DNA of 64,000 bases from Armatimonadota bacterium (GTDB taxonomy: Bacteria; Armatimonadota; UBA10988): NCBI GenBank assembly GCA_016235455.1, contig JACRKZ010000079.1:1-64000 (forward strand), given 5' to 3'. The notes beneath the pieces were generated by a model. It was not told the DNA's origin, ran no database searches, and saw only the letters and a list, made by a program, of their open reading frames with translations. The translations under genes and the position numbers were made by a program. The stretch's first letter is position 1, and each line of letters starts with the position of its first letter. Below, piece by piece: positions 9,129 through 17,088 of this stretch.

Positions 9129-10472
9129 ATGCGCATCATCTCGTTGGCCACGCTGTTGGGCGCGCTGCCCGTCATGGCGGTGCCGCCGTCCATCTCGCCG
9201 TCGACTTATGGCGGATGGAAGGCCACCAGCCTGAGCAACGGTCTGGTGGAGGTGGTCATCGTGCCGCAAATCGGCGGGCGCATCATCCAGTACAAGCTGG
9301 GCGACAAGGAGTTCTTCTGGGTCAATCCCGATCTCAAGGGCAAGACATCACCGCCCAGCGGGCTCGGGCCGGACGGCGCGTGGCTCAACTACGGTGGCGA
9401 GAAGCTGTGGCCCGCACCCCAGGGCGCGATGCCCGACGGCTGGCCTGGCCCGCCGGACGCCATACTCGACGGCTCGCCGCACACGCTGACCACCTACAGC
9501 GCCGACGGCCACGCCGCGGTGCGCCTGACCAGCCTGGATGACCCGCGCAGCGGTATCCGCTTCAGCCGGTCGGTGCGTGTCTTCCCGGGCACCACGCGCG
9601 TCAGCATCGAAGCCACGATGATCAACATCGACAGCAAGCCGCGGCGCTGGGGCATCTGGTCCGTGACCCAGAACAACGGCGTGGCACCCACGGGCCGGGG
9701 CTACAACAACCTGCTCTCGGCCTACTGCCCCACCAACCCCCGGAGCCGCTATGCCGGCGGCTACAACGTGATGTGCGGCAGCGCCACCAACCCCACCTTC
9801 CGCGCCGACCCGGTGACCGGCGTGACGCGGGTCGACTACCAGTATCAGGTGGGCAAGATCGGCCTCGACTCGGTCGGCGGCTGGGTCGGCGTAGTCGATG
9901 GCGCCAGCGGCTACTGCTTCGTCGAGCGGTACACGCCGCATCCCGACAAACCGTACCCGGACAACGCCTCCGTGGAGTTCTGGTCGAGCGGCCTGGGCAA
10001 AGTCCACGAGACCGACCCGGCCCCGATGCCCAACGACCCCAAGCTCACGCCGTACCTGGTCGAGAGCGAGCTGCTCGGCCCGCTGACCAGCCTGGCGCCG
10101 GGCGAGAGCACCACCTTCTGCTACAGCTTCCAGGCCTGCAACGTGGGCGGCACCTACCCCATCCTCGACTGCACCGAGGTGGGCGTGACCTGCGAGCGCC
10201 TGCGCGTCGGCGGCGGCAGCAGCCTGCATGTCACCGGCCGGTTCGGCGTGTTCCAGCCTGGCCGCCTGGCGTTGCGGCTGCTCGACGCCAAGGCGCGCGT
10301 GCGCGAGACGATCGACCTGACCCAGGTCGCCACGCCTCTCAAGCCGGTGCCCGTCGACGTCACCTTTGACCGCCGCGACCTGCCCGTGGCCGCGCTGGCG
10401 CTGGTCCTGCTCGACGAGAGCGGCAAGCAGGTCGGCGTGCTGGGGCGAGTTGATGTGGGCGCCGGCAGGTAG
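9129..10472 (+). CDS. DUF4380-like (galactose mutarotase-like fold) secreted protein
   Basis: 'LSNGLVEVVIVPQIGGRIIQY', 'WLNYGGEKLWPAPQ', 'ESELLGPLTSLAPGES'. Confidence 0.7.
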   Translation: MRIISLATLLGALPVMAVPPSISPSTYGGWKATSLSNGLVEVVIVPQIGGRIIQYKLGDKEFFWVNPDLKGKTSPPSGLGPDGAWLNYGGEKLWPAPQGAMPDGWPGPPDAILDGSPHTLTTYSADGHAAVRLTSLDDPRSGIRFSRSVRVFPGTTRVSIEATMINIDSKPRRWGIWSVTQNNGVAPTGRGYNNLLSAYCPTNPRSRYAGGYNVMCGSATNPTFRADPVTGVTRVDYQYQVGKIGLDSVGGWVGVVDGASGYCFVERYTPHPDKPYPDNASVEFWSSGLGKVHETDPAPMPNDPKLTPYLVESELLGPLTSLAPGESTTFCYSFQACNVGGTYPILDCTEVGVTCERLRVGGGSSLHVTGRFGVFQPGRLALRLLDAKARVRETIDLTQVATPLKPVPVDVTFDRRDLPVAALALVLLDESGKQVGVLGRVDVGAGR

Positions 10473-10550
10473 GCCACGGGCCTGCTGGCCTGCCATACGG
10501 CCGACCGCCTACGTCCGACATGCGTTAAGCTAGAGCCGGGAGAGAGCCCG

Positions 10551-12278
10551 ATGCTGTCGGTTGCGCTGTGCTTGTCGTTGCTGGCCACTCCGGTCGTGCC
10601 CGCCAACCTGGCCAGCGCTCTGGCCGGCCTGCCGGCCGGTGGCGTGCTCACCTTGGCGCCTGGCGAGGTCGCGGGCTCGGTCAACATCCCCGCCGACGGC
10701 GTGACTCTGCAAGGCAGCGGCGGCACGCGGCTGCGCGGCGCGGTGCGCGTCGGCGCACACGTAGGCGTTACACTGCGCGGGCTCAGCCTGGAGCCGGGCG
10801 ACGACACGGCCGTGGATGGCGCGCAAGCCGAGGGGCTGACCGTCGACTCCTGCCGCATTGCCGGCGCGCGCATCGGCGTGGCCTTGGGCAAAGGCGGCGT
10901 GGTTACCGGCTGCACCTTCAGCGGCATCACCCAGACCGCGATCGAGGTCGGCACCGACGGTGTGCGTGTCGAGGACAACCTGCTGATCGACTGCGGACGT
11001 GGTCGGGACGGCGCTGGTATCACGCTGCGCGGCGGCAAGGGCGCGCTCGTGCGCGGCAATTGGCTGGTGCGTAGCGCGCTGGTAGTCGGCGCGGTGGGCG
11101 AGGCCACGCTCGAAGCCAACGCGCTCAGCGGCGCGGGCATCGAAGTCGGGCCCGGCGCCAAGGGCGTGCAGTTGGCGCTCAACACCATCTACGACGCCCC
11201 GCAGGCCGTGACGCTGCGTGACGGCACCGACAATCGACTGCTGGGCAACTGGTTGCTCGACGGTCGCTTCCTGTTCGGCCAGGCCGTCGGCCACGAGGGC
11301 ATGGGACTGGTGCTGGCCGAGCATGTTGCCGGCGGCAGCGCCGACAACATGGTTGCGGGCAACCTGTTCCAAGTCTCCGGCCCGGCGGTCGTGGCTCAGA
11401 GCGATTCGCCGCCAACACCGCGCAAGCCCGCGGACCCGTGCCCGCTGCTGCGCCGCAACCGCTTCTCGGGCAACCTCTACGACCGCGCCGACAGCCAGTC
11501 GACGCTGCCGGTGGGCATGTTGCTCGAAGGGACTGGCCGGCCGGTGCCGGTGCCCACGCTGGCCGCCTATGACCAGCGTGGCCTCCTGGCGCAGTCCGAC
11601 CCGGGCGACCTGGGTCTGCTGCCCCGCTGGCTGTGGATCACCGCGGGCGACAAGCCGGCGCTGCTGCCGAGCCTCTACGACCCGTCGTGCGAGGCGCCGT
11701 CGGTACGCGATGGCGTGCCCGTGGGCTGGACGCCGGCGGGCGGTCAGACCTCATTAAGCACCGATGGCGATGCCCGCGACGGCCGCTGCGCCCTGCAGGT
11801 CGTCGGCCGCGGCGACGAGCCGGCGCCCATTGGCTGGCGCTCGCAGCGGCTGCCGGTGCTGCCGGGCGCCACCTACGGCCTGGCTGCCTGGCTGCGCACC
11901 GATGACGTGCAGCCGATGACCGATGACGGCGGGGTCGTGGTCACCGCGCGCTGGCTTTCGGTCACTGGCGAGGTGCTGGGCCGCGTGGTGCTCCTCGGGC
12001 CGGGCGAACTGCCGCTGCTGCGCCGGGGCACGCAGCCCTGGACCGATCTCTCCAGTGAGCAATCAGCACCTGAGCAGGCGGCCTGGCTGGAGGTCTTTGC
12101 CGGGCTCGACCACGCCAAGGGCAATGTGCGTTTCGACGCGGTGAGCATCGAGCAGACGCAGCCGTCGGCACCGACACTCACCCGGCTGCCGTGGTTGGCC
12201 AAGCCTGGCGACCCGCCTCCGCCGCCCAAACCCAAGCGCATGCAGCCCTGGCGGCCCGGCTGGGGCAAGGTCAACTAG
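10551..12278 (+). CDS. Secreted right-handed parallel beta-helix protein with a C-terminal carbohydrate-binding-like domain
   Basis: Signal peptide; PbH1-like repeats (VRVEDNLL, VRGNWL, LALNTIY, LLGNWL, VAGNLF); C-terminal CBM4/9-like 'VLPGATYGLAAWLRT...GTQPWT...VRFDAVSI'. Confidence 0.7.
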   Translation: MLSVALCLSLLATPVVPANLASALAGLPAGGVLTLAPGEVAGSVNIPADGVTLQGSGGTRLRGAVRVGAHVGVTLRGLSLEPGDDTAVDGAQAEGLTVDSCRIAGARIGVALGKGGVVTGCTFSGITQTAIEVGTDGVRVEDNLLIDCGRGRDGAGITLRGGKGALVRGNWLVRSALVVGAVGEATLEANALSGAGIEVGPGAKGVQLALNTIYDAPQAVTLRDGTDNRLLGNWLLDGRFLFGQAVGHEGMGLVLAEHVAGGSADNMVAGNLFQVSGPAVVAQSDSPPTPRKPADPCPLLRRNRFSGNLYDRADSQSTLPVGMLLEGTGRPVPVPTLAAYDQRGLLAQSDPGDLGLLPRWLWITAGDKPALLPSLYDPSCEAPSVRDGVPVGWTPAGGQTSLSTDGDARDGRCALQVVGRGDEPAPIGWRSQRLPVLPGATYGLAAWLRTDDVQPMTDDGGVVVTARWLSVTGEVLGRVVLLGPGELPLLRRGTQPWTDLSSEQSAPEQAAWLEVFAGLDHAKGNVRFDAVSIEQTQPSAPTLTRLPWLAKPGDPPPPPKPKRMQPWRPGWGKVN

Positions 12279-12365
12279 AGCAGTCTCAGTCGCAGACTGA
12301 GCAGTCTCAGTCGCAGACTGAGCAGTCTCAGTCGCAGACTGAGCAGTCTCAGTCGCAGACTGAGC
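12279..12365. repeat. Perfect tandem repeat, 4 x 21 bp (AGCAGTCTCAGTCGCAGACTG), internally palindromic
   Basis: Four identical adjacent units plus AGC fill the gap between convergent stop codons at 12278 and 12370. There are no spacers. Confidence 0.95.
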
Positions 12366-12369
12366 GGGC

Positions 12370-14598
12370 TCAGTTGGTCGGCGCCACCGTATAGGTGTAC
12401 CAGCGTGGGGTCTCGGCGATATCGCCGCGGAGCACCGTGGCCTTGACCCAGTGCGGGCCAGGCGTGCTGACCTCGGGCCGGTACTCGGCCGGCGAGGGGA
12501 GCGGCAACTTCGCCGCACCGACCTCGCGGCCGTCGTCGTCGACCACCGCCAATGCCAGCGTCACGTCCTGCCGCGGCTCGGCGCAGGTAAACCGCAGACG
12601 CGGCGGCTCGGGGCCGGCGGCCTTGTTGGTCAACTGCACGCAGCGCAGTGTCACTGGTGCCGTCAGGCCGTCCAGATCGAGGCGCGTCGGCGTGTTGCCG
12701 CCAGCGGACAGGGCCACACTGCGGCCCTCGGGCGTGAACAGCGCGCCCCGCGCGCCGCGGCCCGTGCTGGCGGTGGTCAGCGGCAGCGCCGTGCCGTAGC
12801 TGCCGTCGGTGGGCGCCACCATCAGCGTGTCGCTCGACTCGTCGTAGTACAGCACGCGGCGTCGCGTGGCATCGAGCGACGGCGCGGCATAGGTGCGCGC
12901 AGGCGCCCACGGCCGCAGCAACTGCAGCGTGCCGTCGGGCGTGAGCAGCACCACCGCCTGGCGCTCCTCGCTCAGCAAGGTAGCCAGCAGCGTGCCGTCG
13001 GGCAAGCACTCGGCATCGCCCAAGCCCGGCTGGCCGAACGGCGCGGGCGGCGCCACCTCAGCGCCGGCGTCCAGGTCGTAGGCGCGCAACCGGCTGGCTC
13101 GAGCGCGCAGATCCTGCTCGGTCACGAGCAGCAGCCGACCGTCGGGCGTCCAAGTCGTGCGGCGCAGCGTCTTGTCGCCCTCGGCGGTCATGATCTGCTT
13201 GTGTGCGCCCGACGAGTTGGTCTTCTGCAGCCACAAGGCGTTGCCCACGACCCAGGCCAGATGGCCCTCGTCCGGGCTCCAGGTGGCCCAGGTCTTGGTG
13301 GTCTCCTGGTCGGTCAACTGCGTGGCCAGGCCGTGGCCGAGGATGTCGGTGGCCTGGAGCTGGTTGTGGAAGTTGTCGGCGTAGAGTACACGGTCGCCGG
13401 CGGGGCTGACATCCCAGATCTGGCCGCCGCGGTCCCATAGCTGGCGGCGCGCAGTTGTGGTCACGCCGAGTCGCACCCGCGCCGAGCGCAGGCTGAACGG
13501 CTCATCGGCCACGAACGATTCCCAGATGGAGCTGGGATCGCCCCCGTCGGCCGCGGCCAGCGCCGCGGTGCCGTAGAGCGCGTCGGAATCCTGTGCATCC
13601 CTGGTCAGTGCCGCCTGCAGCGCCACACTGGCGCCGCCGGCGTTGCCTTCCTGGCGCAGCAGTTCGCCATAGGCGGCCAACACACAGGCCTCATTGGGCC
13701 AGCGCGTCACGGCCAGCGTGGCGTCGGTCATGGCCAGGCCGGTGTCGCCGAGCTGGTACCGCGCCACCGCCGCCAGCGCGGCCGCCTTGGGCTGGTCGTC
13801 GACCTCCGGTCCGGCCTGGCGCAGCCGGCTGTAAGCATCGCCGGGATCGCCCGACACCACCGCCAGTTCGGCCAGGGTCACCAGCGCCTGCGTGCGCAAC
13901 TCAGCTGAGCGCGAGGCCTCGCCCGCCAGCGTCGACGCCGGCCGGGATTCGCCCAGCCAGGCGAACAGCCGCGCGCCGCGCAGTGCCGCGGCTGGGGAGT
14001 TGTCCCAACTCGACCACCAGCCCGGCATGGCCCGCACCAGCGCCTCGCGCCAGTCTGGCCGAAGGTCGCGCAGCCGCCAGCCGACGGCCGCCGCCGCCTT
14101 GCGGTCGCTCGGCTGGTCGAACGCCGCGCGCAGCAGCGCAAACATATCGTCGACCACCGGCTTGGGCAGCGCGCCGAGGGCGGCGTTCATGGCGGGGGTC
14201 GGCGCCGGCGGCAGCGCGGTCGGGCCGACCGTGGGGATGCCGCCGACCGGCGGGCCGCCAGGCCGAGGCTGGTTGGCCGCTGGCCGGATGGACAGCATCG
14301 GGCCGAAGACCTGGTACTCGAGGCCGCGACCGGCGAGCAGTTGGTCCAGCGCGAAGGTCACCGTGACCTCGCGCAGCACGAGATCGACCTTGTCGGTGGG
14401 CAGCGTCGTGCCGACGACGGCCAGCTTGAGCCCAGCCTGTTCGACCACCTTGGCCAAGGCTTCCGGCAGCGGCATGCCTTGGGCCTGTAGCGAGATCTTG
14501 CCGCCGCCGGCGGGAGCCGCGGCCGGCTGGCCGACAACCAGACCCGCCATCAGGACGCCCCAAAGGCACCACCAGCCCACACTGCTTACCCGTCTCAT
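12370..14598 (-). CDS. Secreted STN-domain / TPR / TolB-like beta-propeller protein
   Basis: Signal peptide; STN-like 'ISLQAQGMPLPEALAKVVEQAGL...VDLVLREVTVTFALDQLLAGRGLEY'; Pro-rich linker; TPR-like helices; PD40-like blades (SPAG, WSPDE, WTPDG, FTPEG). Start uncertain (14598 or 14637). Confidence 0.7.
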   Translation of the reverse strand: MRRVSSVGWWCLWGVLMAGLVVGQPAAAPAGGGKISLQAQGMPLPEALAKVVEQAGLKLAVVGTTLPTDKVDLVLREVTVTFALDQLLAGRGLEYQVFGPMLSIRPAANQPRPGGPPVGGIPTVGPTALPPAPTPAMNAALGALPKPVVDDMFALLRAAFDQPSDRKAAAAVGWRLRDLRPDWREALVRAMPGWWSSWDNSPAAALRGARLFAWLGESRPASTLAGEASRSAELRTQALVTLAELAVVSGDPGDAYSRLRQAGPEVDDQPKAAALAAVARYQLGDTGLAMTDATLAVTRWPNEACVLAAYGELLRQEGNAGGASVALQAALTRDAQDSDALYGTAALAAADGGDPSSIWESFVADEPFSLRSARVRLGVTTTARRQLWDRGGQIWDVSPAGDRVLYADNFHNQLQATDILGHGLATQLTDQETTKTWATWSPDEGHLAWVVGNALWLQKTNSSGAHKQIMTAEGDKTLRRTTWTPDGRLLLVTEQDLRARASRLRAYDLDAGAEVAPPAPFGQPGLGDAECLPDGTLLATLLSEERQAVVLLTPDGTLQLLRPWAPARTYAAPSLDATRRRVLYYDESSDTLMVAPTDGSYGTALPLTTASTGRGARGALFTPEGRSVALSAGGNTPTRLDLDGLTAPVTLRCVQLTNKAAGPEPPRLRFTCAEPRQDVTLALAVVDDDGREVGAAKLPLPSPAEYRPEVSTPGPHWVKATVLRGDIAETPRWYTYTVAPTN

Positions 14599-14711
14599 GG
14601 CTGCTCCACGTCTCGCCAGCCCGTTGGACGCTGACACGCCCCGCCTTGTTCGATGCCCGCCGCCGGGCGATTCGTGGCATCATGAGGGGAACGTTGAACC
14701 CGGAGGCCCGT

Positions 14712-15716
14712 ATGTCCCGCGCCAAGCTGCTGGTGAATCTACCACCTGGTTTCCACTCCGTGCCGCAATTGCAGCCCGTCTTTGAGCGCCTGGCCGACCG
14801 ATTCGAGCTGCGCCGCACCTCGCACAACGCGCCAGACGAGATCGCCGCCGACCTGGCCTGGGCCGACGCTGTGCTCATGTGGTCGTGGCCGGCACTGGAC
14901 GACGACCTGCTCGACCGCGCACCCAATCTGAGAATGTCCGCGCAGCTCGACGTGGGTGGCGCAGCGGCGCGCGTGGCCTTGAGGCGCGGCTTTCCGCTGT
15001 CGGTGGCACGCGGCGGGTTCTCACCGGCGGTGGCCGAGTTCGCGCTGGGCTTGATCCTCAACGGGCTGCGCCGCATCAGCGACTTCCACGCCGAGATGCG
15101 GCTGGGAACCGAGCCGTGGGTTCGCAGCTACCCTGACGACATCGATCCCCGCGAGCGCGAGTTGACCGGCGCCAGCGTCGGGCTGGTCGGCTTCGGCGGT
15201 GTGGGCCGGCGCCTGGCCGAGTTGCTCGGCCCGTTCCACTGCGACCTGCGTGTCTACGACCCGTTCGTCGCGGACGAACCCGTGGCCACAGCGGGTGGTC
15301 GCCGCGTCGAACTGGCCGACCTGATCAGCCAATCCGACGTGGTCGTGCTCTGTGCGGCCAACAACGCGGGCACGAAGCACCTGCTCGACGAGGCGGCGGT
15401 CAGCCGGCTGCGCGAGGGCGCGCTGCTCGTCAATGTGGCGCGCTCGGCACTGGTCGACGGCGCGGCGCTGGCCCGACGCGTGGCTGCCGGCGAGGTGACG
15501 GCCATGCTGGACGTGTTCGACACCGAGCCGCTGCCCGCCGACTCGCCCTGGCGCGGCCTGGCCGGCGCCTACCTCACACCACACCGTGCCGGTGGGCTGC
15601 TCAGCTCGACGCGACGCATCCTCGAAGCGTTGGCCGACGACCTGGAAGCCTGCTTCGACGGCCGGCCGCGGCGCTGGGCGTTGACCGAGGCCATGCTGCC
15701 CGGATTGGATGGCTGA
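14712..15716 (+). CDS. D-isomer specific 2-hydroxyacid dehydrogenase, NAD-binding
   Basis: 'GLVGFGGVG', 'VNVARSALVD', 'LDVFDTEPLP', 'LTPHRAG'. GGAGG RBS. Confidence 0.9.
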   Translation: MSRAKLLVNLPPGFHSVPQLQPVFERLADRFELRRTSHNAPDEIAADLAWADAVLMWSWPALDDDLLDRAPNLRMSAQLDVGGAAARVALRRGFPLSVARGGFSPAVAEFALGLILNGLRRISDFHAEMRLGTEPWVRSYPDDIDPRERELTGASVGLVGFGGVGRRLAELLGPFHCDLRVYDPFVADEPVATAGGRRVELADLISQSDVVVLCAANNAGTKHLLDEAAVSRLREGALLVNVARSALVDGAALARRVAAGEVTAMLDVFDTEPLPADSPWRGLAGAYLTPHRAGGLLSSTRRILEALADDLEACFDGRPRRWALTEAMLPGLDG

Positions 15717-15771
15717 TCCCGGCAGGACGCGCGCGGCGCATGACGAAGCCACCTGACCAAGTGAGGTGGCG

Positions 15772-17088
15772 ATGAACGCATCGAAGTCGCGGTATCTGGT
15801 GGCCCTCGCGCTGCTGCTCGGCGCGCTGGCCCGGCCCTGGGCGCAGCCGGCACCGCCTGCAGCGCCGGCGCCGGTCGAGCTGTCGGTGGTCACCGACAAG
15901 CCCGCGGCGCTCTATACCGTCGGCGAGCAGGTCAGGTTCATGGTCACGCTGCGGCGCGACGGCGCCCCAGCGGCCGACGGCGACGTGGCCTGGCAACTGG
16001 ACAAGGACGGCGTAGCGCCGGTCACGCGCGGCACGGTCAAGGTGGCCAACGGCTCGGCAACCGTCACGGGCAGCCTGGCCGAGCCCGGCTTTCTGGCCTG
16101 CCGGCTGACCTACACGCCGCCCGGCGGCAAGGCCGTCACGTCGGTGGCCGGCGCTGGGTTCGAGCCCGAGAAAATCAAGCCCAGCTTGCCGGTGCCCGAT
16201 GATTTTGACACCTTCTGGGCCGCGCAGAAGGCCAAGTTGCGCGCTCAGGCCGCGCCCGCCGCGCTGAAGACGGTGCCCTCACCCAGTGCCGACACCGACT
16301 GCTTCGACGTGCAGATCCCGTGCCTCGACTGGCGCCCGGTCTCGGCCTATCTGGCCAAGCCCAAAGACGCCAAGCCCGGCAGCCTGCCGATCATCCTGTC
16401 GGTGCACGGTGCGGGCGTGCGCGGCTCCAGTCTCGGCGGCGCGGTCGGCAACTCGCGGGGCTACCGAGCGCTGTCCATGGACCTGAACGCCAACGGCATC
16501 GCCAACGGCAAGCCCGACGCGTGGTACACCGAGATGGCCAACGGCGACCTGCGCGACTACCGCTTCCAGGGCCGCGACGACCGCGAGAAGTGCTACTTCC
16601 TGGGCATGTTCCTGCGTTTGGTGCGAGCGCTGGACTACCTGTGCAGCCAGCCCGAGTGGGACGGCAAGCACGTCATCGTCACCGGCGGCAGCCAGGGCGG
16701 CGGACAGTCGCTGGCAGCGGCCGGGCTGGACCCGCGCGTGACGCTCATCTGCGCCGGTGTGCCGGCCATCTGCGACCACTCGGGCAAGGTCGCCGGACGC
16801 ATCAACGGCTGGCCCAAGCTGGTGCCCGACGTGGACGGCAAGCCGGACCCCAAGATCCTGGAGGTCGCCCGCTACTTCGACTGCATGAACCTGGCGACCC
16901 GTAGCAAGGCCCGCGCCGTGCTGAGCGTGGGCTTCATCGACACGGTCTGCCCGCCGAGCAGCGTCTACGCCGCCTACAACGCACTGCCCGGCACCAAGGA
17001 CATCGTCTGCGAGCCACTCATGGGCCACGCCAGCACCGACCGTATCGGCCGGGCCTTTGGCGCGGCCATGCGGGCGCACCTGCAATGA
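15772..17088 (+). CDS. Acetylxylan esterase / cephalosporin-C deacetylase family (CE7-like), secreted
   Basis: 'PDDFDTFW', 'VHGAG', nucleophile 'GGSQGGG', 'GFIDTVCPPSSVYAAYN', 'MGH'. Confidence 0.88.
   Translation: MNASKSRYLVALALLLGALARPWAQPAPPAAPAPVELSVVTDKPAALYTVGEQVRFMVTLRRDGAPAADGDVAWQLDKDGVAPVTRGTVKVANGSATVTGSLAEPGFLACRLTYTPPGGKAVTSVAGAGFEPEKIKPSLPVPDDFDTFWAAQKAKLRAQAAPAALKTVPSPSADTDCFDVQIPCLDWRPVSAYLAKPKDAKPGSLPIILSVHGAGVRGSSLGGAVGNSRGYRALSMDLNANGIANGKPDAWYTEMANGDLRDYRFQGRDDREKCYFLGMFLRLVRALDYLCSQPEWDGKHVIVTGGSQGGGQSLAAAGLDPRVTLICAGVPAICDHSGKVAGRINGWPKLVPDVDGKPDPKILEVARYFDCMNLATRSKARAVLSVGFIDTVCPPSSVYAAYNALPGTKDIVCEPLMGHASTDRIGRAFGAAMRAHLQ

Noticed and set aside
6791-9541. Long ORFs such as 6791..9541(+), 44830..47565(+), 35897..38065(+), 1445..3238(+) and 62033..63958(-)
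   Set aside because: They are antisense shadows of real genes, which is expected in high-GC DNA, and they carry no recognisable motifs.
10469-10512. GTAGGC...GCCTAC possible REP element
   Set aside because: Only 6-bp arms with a weak interior and no second clear copy in the window.
12279-12365. CRISPR array
   Set aside because: The units are directly adjacent with no unique spacers, are only 21 bp long, and no cas genes are present.
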